From the NCBI GenBank assembly GCA_963697565.1, contig CAVOOM010000008.1, positions 24,965-88,964 of the forward strand: a stretch of DNA of 64,000 nt, read 5' to 3'. Both the position numbers and the translations under genes were made by a program. This document shows positions 56,582 to 64,000 of the stretch, piece after piece. The number at the start of each line of letters is the position of its first letter. Within the stretch, counting starts at the first letter, position 1. The notes under the pieces are model-generated. The model did no database searches. It saw only the letters and a list, made by a program, of their open reading frames with translations, and had not been told where the DNA came from. The stretch is from an uncultured Actinomycetota bacterium. GTDB taxonomy: Bacteria > Actinomycetota > Actinomycetes > CAVWCF01.

Positions 56582-56606
56582 CAGGCAACTATATATACCG
56601 CGCCGC
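56582..56606 (-). promoter_or_regulatory. TATATATA box plus GTTGC...GCAAC inverted repeat immediately upstream of the MarR ATG (candidate leaderless promoter/operator)
   Basis: The minus strand reads cggTATATATAGTTGCCTGATGcaagcaac. The TATAGT hexamer ends 6 nt before the ATG. The GTTGC/GCAAC arms span the start codon (56571-56589). Confidence 0.35.
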
Positions 56607-57852
56607 TCAGCGCAAGCGGAGCGTCGCGGGCAGCCCGCCGCGCGGACGCAGGGTGACCCCCGCGTCCTCGTCCTCCGGCCAGTCCGGGTCGACGGCGGGC
56701 GCCCAGCGCCGGGCCAGCGTCGCGAGCACGAGGACCGCCTCGGTCCAGGCGAAGTCCTCGCCGATGCACACCCGCGAGCCCAGCCCGAACGGGAACCAGG
56801 CCCCGCGGGGCTGCCCGGGCGCCTGCTCGGAGAAGGCCCTGTCGGCCTCAAGCCAGCGGGTGGGGTCGAAGGACGCCGCGTCGGCCCAGTAGCGCGGATC
56901 GCGGTGCAGGACCCACTGGCTGGCAAGGCAGATCGACCCGGCGGGCAGCAGCCAGCCGCCGGCCTCGGGCCCCACCTGCACGTCGGCGAGCAGCCGGCGG
57001 CCGATCGTCCAGGCGGGCGGGTGCAGCCGCAGCGACTCCGCGATGACGGCCCGGGTGCGCGGCAGGGCGGGCAGGTCGCCGAAGGCGAGGCGCCGGTCGG
57101 GCAGGGCGTCCACCTCGTCCTGCAGCCACGCGGCGCGGTCCGGGTGCTGGGACAAGTGGCAGAACGCCCAGCGCCAGCGCGTTCGCGGTCGTCTCGTGCC
57201 CGGCCAGCACGAGCGTCATCACCTCGTCGCGGATGCTGCGCCGCCGGTCGCGTCAGCCGGTCGCCGCGGCCCCGGGGAGCAGCTGCTGGCGGAAGCCGTC
57301 GATCACCGCGGTCAGGGCCTCGCCGACCTCGCGGGCGTCGCCCTTGAGGTCGGCGCCGAAGAGGGTGCGCCCCACGATGTCGAGGGTGAGCGCCGACAGG
57401 TCCTCGGCGAGGTCCACGCGCCGGCCGTCCACCCATCCCCGGCCGTGCTCCTCGGCCGCCACGGCCATCTGCTCGGCGTACTGGGCGATCCGGGTGTGGT
57501 GGAAGGCCGGCTGGACCAGCAGGCGCTGCCTGCGGTGCAGCTCGCCCTCGCTGGTGAGCAGCCCCTCGCCGAGGAGCGGCTTGGCCCGCTGCAGCGCGCG
57601 GCCCTTCATCGTGTCGCGGCCGTGGGTCACGAAGATGAGCCAGACCAGGTCGGCGTCGCCGACGATGTAGGCGTGCTCGCCGGCCACCCGGATGTGCGCG
57701 AGGCCGCCGTACGTGCCGACCGCCTCGGCCAGGAAGCGGTGCGGGGGCCGGCGCTGGGCGAGCAGCGCGCCGAAGGCCTGCCGGGCGGGCGGGCCGGGCG
57801 GCCGCGCGGGGGAGCCGCGGCGGGGGGAGCGGGGGACTGCCCCGAGAGCCAT
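56607..57852 (-). pseudogene. Cytochrome P450 with an in-frame TGA (57253-57255) and one frame break (near 57165)
   Basis: ATG 57852. I-helix LVLAGHETTANALA, ExxR ESLRLHPP, FDPTRWL, heme loop FPFGLGSRVCIGEDFA. The reading ...LLPGAAATG-TGA-RDRRRSIRDEVMTL is in a single frame. Confidence 0.8.
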
Positions 57853-57885
57853 GCCCCCAGCGTCGCACGGCGCCACACTCGCGTC

Positions 57886-59088
57886 ATGCCGACCCTGCAG
57901 GACGTTCAGGCCGCCCGCGAGCTGCTGCGCGGGGTGGCGCGGGTGACCCCGTTGGAGGGTTCGCGCCCGCTCTCGGAGCGGGTCGGCGGGCCGGTCCACC
58001 TCAAGTGCGAGAACCTCCAGCGCGCCGGGTCGTTCAAGATCCGAGGGGCGTACACGCGCATCGCAGGGCTCTCCGACGAGGAACGCGCCCGCGGGGTGGT
58101 CGCGGCGAGCGCCGGCAACCACGCGCAGGGCGTCGCGCTGGCCGCCTCGCTGCTGGGCTGCACCGCCACCGTCTTCATGCCCGAGGAGGCGCCGATCCCC
58201 AAGGTGGCCGCGACCCGGGCGTACGGCGCCGAGGTCCGCTTCAGCGGGCACACCATCGACGTGGCGCTGGACGCGGCGCGCGCGTACGCGGAGCAGACCG
58301 GGGCCGTGCTGATCCACCCGTTCGACCACGCGGATGTCGTGGCGGGCCAGGGCACGGTCGGGCTGGAGATCCTCGAGCAGTGCCCCGACGTGCGGACGAT
58401 CGTCGTGTGCACGGGCGGCGGCGGGCTGATCGCCGGGGTCGCGCTGGCGGTCAAGGCGCTGCGACCGGATGTCGTCGTCGTGGGGGCTCAGGCGGAGGGC
58501 GCCGCCTCGTACGCGCCGTCTCTGGCGGCGGGGCACCCGATCCGGCTCGAGACGATGGCCACGATGGCCGACGGGATCGCGGTCGGGCAGCCCGGCGAGG
58601 TGCCGTTCGCGCTGGTCCGCGAGCACGTCGACCGCATCGTCACGGTCTCCGAGGCGTCGCTGTCTCGGGCCCTGCTGCTCGCGCTGGAGCGGGCCAAGCT
58701 GGTCGTGGAGCCGGCCGGGGTCGCGGCGATGGCCGCGGTGCTGGACGACCCGGCGGCCTTCGAGCCGCCGGTGGTCGTGGTGCTGTCCGGCGGCAACATC
58801 GACCCGCTGCTGCTGCTGCGGGTGCTGCGCTACGGCATGACGGCGGCCGGCCGCTACCTGTCGCTGCGGGTGCGGATCCCCGACAAGCCCGGCAACCTCG
58901 CGGTGCTGCTCGCGGCGGTGGGGGGATCCGGCGCGAACGTCGTCGAGGTCGAGCACATGCGCACCGAGCCGGGGATCGCCGTCGACGAGGTCGAGGTGGC
59001 CCTGCAGCTCGAGACCCAGGGCCCGCAGCACACCGCCGACGTGGTCGTCCACTTGCAGGCGCTCGGTTACGCGCTTCGGACTGCCTAA
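57886..59088 (+). CDS. ilvA: Threonine ammonia-lyase (threonine dehydratase) with a C-terminal ACT-like regulatory domain
   Basis: ATG 57886 in ORF 57043..59088. HLKCENLQRAGSFKIRGA (PLP lysine), ASAGNHAQGVA, VCTGGGGLIAG. Confidence 0.9.
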   Translation: MPTLQDVQAARELLRGVARVTPLEGSRPLSERVGGPVHLKCENLQRAGSFKIRGAYTRIAGLSDEERARGVVAASAGNHAQGVALAASLLGCTATVFMPEEAPIPKVAATRAYGAEVRFSGHTIDVALDAARAYAEQTGAVLIHPFDHADVVAGQGTVGLEILEQCPDVRTIVVCTGGGGLIAGVALAVKALRPDVVVVGAQAEGAASYAPSLAAGHPIRLETMATMADGIAVGQPGEVPFALVREHVDRIVTVSEASLSRALLLALERAKLVVEPAGVAAMAAVLDDPAAFEPPVVVVLSGGNIDPLLLLRVLRYGMTAAGRYLSLRVRIPDKPGNLAVLLAAVGGSGANVVEVEHMRTEPGIAVDEVEVALQLETQGPQHTADVVVHLQALGYALRTA

Positions 59089-59101
59089 AGAGCAAACTGT
59101 G

Positions 59102-59129
59102 TTGACAATCCAGTGAACTTCCGTTTCAC
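59102..59129 (+). promoter_or_regulatory. Perfect TTGACA -35-like hexamer followed by the near-palindrome GTGAAC-TTCC-GTTTCAC, in a 50-nt AT-rich spacer
   Basis: Read directly. TTGACA at 59102-59107; gtgaac 59113-59118; gtttcac 59123-59129. ATG of the next gene at 59139. Confidence 0.3.
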
Positions 59130-59138
59130 ACTTCAAGC

Positions 59139-59936
59139 ATGACTGATGACCTGCGTGAACTGCTGACCAAGGTGGCCGCCGGCGAGGTCGACCCCGCCGA
59201 GGCCGCCCGCCTCATCGATGGCGAGGCGATCCCGACCAGCTCGTGGGGCGGGGCGCCCGCCGCCGCCGAGGAGGCCGGCGAGCCGGCCCCGGCCGCCACC
59301 GCCGTCGAGGCCGCGGTGACCGCCGTCGAGATCCGCGCCGAGGGCGTCCAGCTGCGGGTGATCGCCGACCACGGCATCACCGGGGCGGTCGCCGAGGGCC
59401 CGCACACCGCCGAGCTGGTCGGCGGGGTGCTGCGGGTGCGGGTGCCGGCCGCCGACGGCCTGGGCTTCTACTTCGGCCGGATCAAGCAGGGCTGGCTCCG
59501 GCCGACCCGGGTCGACGTCCGGGTGCGGCCCGACCTGCCCGTCTCGGTGGACGCGATCGCCTGCGATGTGCAGGTGTCCGGACTCACCGGCCCCCTCGAC
59601 CTGCGCGCGTCGGCCTCGTCGGCCAAGGTGCGCGACCAGCGCGGCGCCTTCGCCGCGGCGGTGACCACGTCCAAGCTGGACGTGGAGGCGAGCCTGGTCG
59701 CGGGCGACTCCACGGTCCGCGCCGAGCTGTCGTCGGCGCTGGTCCGACTGCTCCCGGGATCCGATGTCGCCGTCACGGCCTCGGGCGAGATGTCGTCGGC
59801 CCAGGTCACCGGGGCGGGTGCCACGCCGAAGTCGCAGCAGGGCACCGGGGAGCGCCAGACCGGTGTCGTGGGCCAGGGCGCCGCGTCGCTCGCCGTCACC
59901 GGGCGCGGGTCGGCGCTGAAGGTCGAGCTGCCGTGA
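59139..59936 (+). CDS. Hypothetical protein: N-terminal SHOCT-like helix plus DUF4097-like beta-strand repeat domain
   Basis: Intact 265-aa ORF. LRELLTKVAAGEVDPAEAARLIDG, an Ala/Pro/Glu linker, then repetitive short beta-like segments (VEIRAEGVQLRV, VDVRVRPDLPVSV, DVQVSGLTGPLDLRA, KLDVEASLVAGDSTVRAEL). Confidence 0.5.
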   Translation: MTDDLRELLTKVAAGEVDPAEAARLIDGEAIPTSSWGGAPAAAEEAGEPAPAATAVEAAVTAVEIRAEGVQLRVIADHGITGAVAEGPHTAELVGGVLRVRVPAADGLGFYFGRIKQGWLRPTRVDVRVRPDLPVSVDAIACDVQVSGLTGPLDLRASASSAKVRDQRGAFAAAVTTSKLDVEASLVAGDSTVRAELSSALVRLLPGSDVAVTASGEMSSAQVTGAGATPKSQQGTGERQTGVVGQGAASLAVTGRGSALKVELP

Positions 59937-60313
59937 GCCCTCCGGCCGGTGCCCCTCGCCGCGCCCCGCAGACCTGCCCGGTGTGCGCCGACGCGCTGGT
60001 GATCACCGGCCTGGGCTGCCAGTCCTGCGGCACGGGCATCACCGGCGAGTTCGCAACGTGCGCGTACTGCGGGCTGTCCGACCAGGACCAGGAGTCGCTG
60101 CGGGCCTTCCTCGTCTCGCGCGGCAACATGCGCGAGCTCGCGGCCCACCTCGGCGTCTCCTACCCCACGGCCCGCCAGCGGTACGCCGACCTGCTCGGCA
60201 GGCTCGGCCTGGCCGTCCCCGCCGAGGCGGCGCCAGATCGCGCGCAGGTGCTGGCCGATCTGGCGGCCGGGACGATCTCGGTCGACGATGCCGAGGCCGC
60301 GCTGCGCGGCTGA
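59933..60313 (+). CDS. DUF2089-like protein (zinc ribbon plus HTH)
   Basis: GTG 59933 overlaps the upstream TGA. CPVCADALVITGLGCQSCGTGITGEFATCAYCG, LRAFLVSRGNMRELAAHLGVSYPTARQRYADLL, C-terminal LADLAAGTISVDDAEAALRG. Confidence 0.7.
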   Translation: MSPPAGAPRRAPQTCPVCADALVITGLGCQSCGTGITGEFATCAYCGLSDQDQESLRAFLVSRGNMRELAAHLGVSYPTARQRYADLLGRLGLAVPAEAAPDRAQVLADLAAGTISVDDAEAALRG

Positions 60314-60319
60314 GCCCGC

Positions 60320-60811
60320 TCAGCCGCCGGTGTAGGTCACGGCGTCGAGCACCTTGACGGTCAGCTCGCGGCCGTTGGGCAGCGTGTACGTCACCTCGCT
60401 GCCGATCGCCTGGCCCATCACGGCGCCGCCGAGGGGGGACTGCGGGGAGTAGACCGACAGCTCCGTGGTGCCGGCCGCCTCGCGGGAGCCGAGCAGGAAG
60501 GTCTCCTCCTCGCCGTCCAGCGGCCCCCCCAGGAAGCGAACCGAGATGACCATGCCGGCCTGCGCCGTGCCGTCTGCGGCTGGGGCGTCGCCCACCTGGG
60601 CGGTCTCCAGCAGCTGCTTGAGCTGGCGCACCCGGGCCTCGTTCTTGCCCTGCTCCTCGCGCGCTGCGTGGTAGCCGCCGTTCTCCTTGAGGTCGCCCTC
60701 CTCGCGGGCCGCCTCGATGCGCACCTTGATCTCGTGTCGCCACGGGCCGGTGCGGTGGTCGTACTCGGCCTTGAGCTTGTCGTACGCGTCCTGGGACAGC
60801 CAGGTCGTCAC
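60320..60811 (-). CDS. greA: Transcription elongation factor GreA
   Basis: Intact 163-aa ORF. WLSQDAYDKLKAEYDHRTG, AREEGDLKENGGYHAAREEQ, C-terminal VYSPQSPLGGAVMG. Confidence 0.92.
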   Translation of the reverse strand: MTTWLSQDAYDKLKAEYDHRTGPWRHEIKVRIEAAREEGDLKENGGYHAAREEQGKNEARVRQLKQLLETAQVGDAPAADGTAQAGMVISVRFLGGPLDGEEETFLLGSREAAGTTELSVYSPQSPLGGAVMGQAIGSEVTYTLPNGRELTVKVLDAVTYTGG

Positions 60812-60866
60812 GGCGGACTCCTTCGATGCGGGGTGCGGCAGGAAGCGAGGGGCGAAAGCGCCGAGG

Positions 60867-61280
60867 CTAGTCGAGCAGCCGGCAGGACTCGACCTTGCCC
60901 AGGATGGCCAGCCGGGTGGTCTCCAGGACGGTGTCGACGTAGGCCCGCGCTCCTGCGGCCGGCGCCGTGATGGTGCCGCTGCCGACGATGCGGGCGTCGA
61001 CGTCCTGGGCGACCACGGTGCACTCGGCGGCCCGGCCGTCGGGCTTGGTGACCTCGACCCGCACGGTCACCTCGCGGTCGGAGCGGACGTCGTAGGACAC
61101 CGTGAGGGCCTCGACGCCCGGCTGCACGCGGACAAAGGCGGCCCACACCAGCAGCGTGGCGGCGGTCAGCACGACGAGTCCGGCCACGATGAGCACGGCC
61201 TTGCGCCGGGTGGAGCGGGGCGCGCGGCGGCCGTACCGGGCGTCGAGGGTCTGCTCGACGGGCTCCTCCGGCTGGGCCAT
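60867..61280 (-). CDS. DUF4307-like single-pass membrane protein
   Basis: ATG 61280, MAQPEEPVEQTLDARYGRR. TM AVLIVAGLVVLTAATLLVWAAF, then a beta-rich domain. In the conserved position between greA and mca. Confidence 0.7.
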   Translation of the reverse strand: MAQPEEPVEQTLDARYGRRAPRSTRRKAVLIVAGLVVLTAATLLVWAAFVRVQPGVEALTVSYDVRSDREVTVRVEVTKPDGRAAECTVVAQDVDARIVGSGTITAPAAGARAYVDTVLETTRLAILGKVESCRLLD

Positions 61281-61317
61281 CCGCTCGCCTCCGTTCGTGG
61301 GTGGTCGGGGTGAGACG

Positions 61318-62294
61318 ATGGTGCCCGATCCCCAGCACCCCGCCGAACACGAGGTCCCCCGCGTGCCCGAAACGCCGCTGCGCCTGCTCCATGTGCACGC
61401 GCACCCCGACGACGAGTCGAGCAAGGGCGCGGCCTCGACCGCCCGCTACGTGGCCGAGGGCGTCGAGGTGCTCGTCGTGTCCTGCACGGGAGGCGAGCGG
61501 GGCGATGTGCTGAACCCGGCGCTGGTCGACGACCCTGCCGTGCTCGCCGACATCGCCGACGTCCGCCGCCATGAGATGGCCCGGGCCGCGGAGATCCTCG
61601 GCGTGCGGCACGCGTGGCTTGGCTTCGTCGACTCCGGCTACCCCGAGGGCGACCCGCGCCCGCCCCTGCCGGAGGGCTGCTTCGCCGACCTTCCGCTGGA
61701 GGAGGTCGCCGCGCCGCTCGTCGAGATCGTGCGCGCCTTCCGCCCGCACGTGATGACGACGTACGACGAGCACGGGGGCTACCCGCATCCCGACCACGTG
61801 CGCTGCCACGAGGTCGCGGTGGCGGCCTTCGACGCGGCGGGCGACCCCGACGCGTACCCCTCCGCCGGCGACCCCTGGCAGCCGCTCAAGCTCTACTACC
61901 ACCTGACCTTCCACAAGCTGCGCCTGCAGGCGATGCACGAGGCGGTCCTGGCGGCCGGCCTCGAGTCGCCGTACGCCGATTGGCTGGCCGACTGGGTGGA
62001 CAAGCCCGGCGACGCGGAGCGGCTGACCACGCGGGTCGAGTGCGCCGAGTACTTCCCGGTCCGCGACGCCGCCCTGCTCGCGCACGCCACGCAGATCGAC
62101 CCGGCCGGCCGCTGGTTCGCGATCCCGATGGAGGTCCAGCAGGCCGCGTGGCCCAGCGAGGACTACCAGCGGGCGCGGTCCCTGGTCGACACTGCGCTAC
62201 CCGAGGACGACCTGTTCGCGGGCGTCCGCGAGCACCTCGCCAGCACGATCTGCGGCGATCCCGATCGAGCCCGATGGCCATGGAGGAGCGATGA
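61318..62294 (+). CDS. mca: Mycothiol S-conjugate amidase (LmbE/PIG-L family); frame break near the 3' end as assembled
   Basis: ATG 61318. [43 protein letters not shown]. The as-assembled frame runs on to 62739. The TGA 62292-62294 in another frame gives the usual ATGA overlap with the next gene. Confidence 0.85.
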
Positions 62295-62534
62295 ACCGCC
62301 CTGCTCTCGACCCTGTCCGCGGCCGACCCCGTCGACCCCGATCGGGTCGGCGCCGGCACCCTGGGCTTCCTCGTCTTCGCGTTCCTCGCGGTGGCCACCG
62401 TGCTCATCTTGTGGTTCATGTCCCGCTCGATCCGCAAGGTGCCCAAGGACCTCGACGTGCCCACCCACTCAAAGCGCCCGGCGCCGCTGCCGCGTGAGAC
62501 CCCTGCCGACCCGGCCGACGGTAAGGACGCGTGA
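62291..62534 (+). CDS. Small single-TM membrane protein; frame break at about codon 5 as assembled
   Basis: ATG 62291, then after one extra base [49 protein letters not shown]... Stop 62532-62534 overlaps the next GTG. Confidence 0.5.
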
Positions 62535-64000
62535 CCAATCGGCTCGGGGCGTCGACCAGCCCGTACCTGTTGCAGCACAAGGACAACCCGGTCGACTGGT
62601 GGGAGTGGTCGCCGGAGGCCTTCGCCGAGGCCCGCGCCCGCGATGTGCCGGTGCTGCTCAGCGTGGGCTACTCCGCGTGCCACTGGTGCCACGTGATGGC
62701 GCACGAGTCGTTCGAGGACACCGGCGACCGCCGCGGTGATGAACGCGGCCTTCGTCAACGTCAAGGTCGACCGCGAGGAGCGGCCCGACGTCGACGCCGT
62801 CTACATGGCCGCGGTGCAGCAGCTGAACGGCCACGGTGGCTGGCCGATGACGGTGTTCCTCACGCCCGACGCCGAGCCGTTCTACGCCGGCACGTACTTC
62901 CCGCCACGGCCGCACCACGGCTCGCCGTCGTTCACCGAGGTGCTGCAGGCCGTCGACCGGACCTGGCGCGAGCGGCGCGCGGACGTGCTGATCGCGGGCC
63001 AGCGGCTGGTGGCCCACCTCGCGGCCGCGCAGACCGTGCCCGCGGAGCTGGCCGAGGCTGGCCCCCCGGACGAGGCCGAGCTCGCCGAGTCGGTGCGGGC
63101 GCTGGCCGCGACGTACGACCCGGCCCGCGGCGGGTTCGGGGGCGCGCCGAAGTTCCCGCCGTCGATGACGCTGGAGCACCTGCTGCGCCACCACGCGCGC
63201 ACCGGGGACGCCGACGCCCTCGCGATGGCCGAGCGGACCTTCGAGGCGATGGCGCGCGGCGGGATCTACGACCAGCTGGCCGGCGGCTTCGCCCGGTACT
63301 CCGTCGACGCCGACTGGGTCGTCCCGCACTTCGAGAAGATGCTGTACGACAACGCGTTGCTCGCCCGGGCGTACCTCCATTGGTGGCGGGCCACCGGCCA
63401 TCCGCTCGGGCGGCGGATCGCGGAGGAGACCTGCGACTTCCTGGTCGCCGACCTGCGCACCGCGGAGGGCGGCTTCGCCTCGGCGCTCGACGCGGACAGC
63501 GAGGGCGAGGAGGGGCGCCACGCGGTGTGGACCCCGGCGCAGCTGGCCGAGGTGCTGGGCCCCGACGACGGGACGTGGGCGGCCGCGCTGCTCGGGGTCA
63601 CCGCGGTCGGCACGTTCGAGCACGGCGCCTCGACCCTTCGGCTCCTGCAGCGATCCCGACGACCCGCAGCGCTGGCACGCAGTACGCGCCAGGCTGCTCG
63701 CCGCGCGCTCGCTGCGCGTGCAGCCGGGCCGCGACGACAAGGTGGTCGCGGCCTGGAACGGCCTGGCCATCGCGGCGCTGGCCGAGACCGGCACGCTGCT
63801 CGGGCGCACCGACCTGGTGGAGGCGGCCGAGGCCGCGGCCGACCTGCTGGTGTCCGTCCACCTCGGGGCGGGAGAGCACGGCGACCGGCTGGTCCGGGTC
63901 TCGCTCGCAGGGGCCGCGGGCGCCCACGCGGGTGTGCTGGAGGACCACGCGGATGTGGCCGAGGGACTGCTGGCGCTCTACCAGTGCACCGGCGAGGAGG
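62531..64000 (+). CDS. Thioredoxin-domain protein, DUF255/YyaL-like (3' end outside the window); at least two frame breaks as assembled
   Basis: GTG 62531. [39 protein letters not shown], then [41 protein letters not shown]. Breaks near 62722 and 63652. The ORF track lists only antisense ORFs here. Confidence 0.8.
   Translation, partial: MTNRLGASTSPYLLQHKDNPVDWWEWSPEAFAEARARDVPVLLSVGYSACHWCHVMAHESFEDTGDRRGDERGLRQRQGRPRGAARRRRRLHGRGAAAERPRWLADDGVPHARRRAVLRRHVLPATAAPRLAVVHRGAAGRRPDLARAARGRADRGPAAGGPPRGRADRARGAGRGWPPGRGRARRVGAGAGRDVRPGPRRVRGRAEVPAVDDAGAPAAPPRAHRGRRRPRDGRADLRGDGARRDLRPAGRRLRPVLRRRRLGRPALREDAVRQRVARPGVPPLVAGHRPSARAADRGGDLRLPGRRPAHRGGRLRLGARRGQRGRGGAPRGVDPGAAGRGAGPRRRDVGGRAARGHRGRHVRARRLDPSAPAAIPTTRSAGTQYAPGCSPRARCACSRAATTRWSRPGTAWPSRRWPRPARCSGAPTWWRRPRPRPTCWCPSTSGRESTATGWSGSRSQGPRAPTRVCWRTTRMWPRDCWRSTSAPARR

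Noticed and set aside
57253-57255. In-frame TGA of the P450 as a selenocysteine codon
   Set aside because: I see no convincing SECIS-like hairpin immediately downstream and no selenoprotein machinery in the window. P450s are not known selenoproteins, and the gene also has a frameshift. A nonsense mutation or base error is more likely.

Overview
This is a very GC-rich window (by eye about 70% or more, not computed) from a core actinobacterial chromosome. Supporting signs are a mycothiol amidase gene, many GTG starts, and frequent 4-nt start/stop overlaps. From memory and not searched, the gene order matches two conserved Actinomycetota neighbourhoods known from Mycobacterium tuberculosis. The first is ispE ... 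tRNA-Gln, glmU-prs-rplY-pth-mfd-lipoprotein-mazG-eno-ftsB-DUF501-ppx. The second is cbs ... metB ... greA-DUF4307-mca-small membrane protein-thioredoxin/DUF255. Accessory blocks interrupt these neighbourhoods:
- a MarR regulator plus a 5-gene Dpp/Opp-type peptide importer
- a five-gene minus-strand membrane module of unknown function (8967-16293)
- a desaturase-TetR pair
- a Phd/RelE toxin-antitoxin pair
- a methyltransferase/enoyl-CoA hydratase/msrA/chemoreceptor insert
- an orphan GlmL-like ATPase
- a ChlI-like AAA+/vWA pair divergent from FIST-ROK
- a MarR-MFS efflux pair
- a disrupted P450
- a DUF4097-like/DUF2089 pair

There are two tRNAs. One is a normal tRNA-Gln(TTG). The other carries a Leu UAA anticodon and a Leu-type D-arm but has no long variable arm.

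The window carries roughly 55-60 single-base frame breaks. About 10:1 are insertions, and they hit essential genes (glmU, prs, pth, mfd, eno). I read these as an assembly artefact, so many CDS coordinates span several ORF-track pieces.

I saw no CRISPR array, transposase, integrase or phage genes. The best candidate for something undescribed is the 8967-16293 module. It contains a 1155-aa polytopic giant, two paralogous SH3b-like domains, a PxxP-repeat zinc-ribbon protein and a tentative EspG-like protein. All family assignments come from motif recognition by eye; nothing was searched.
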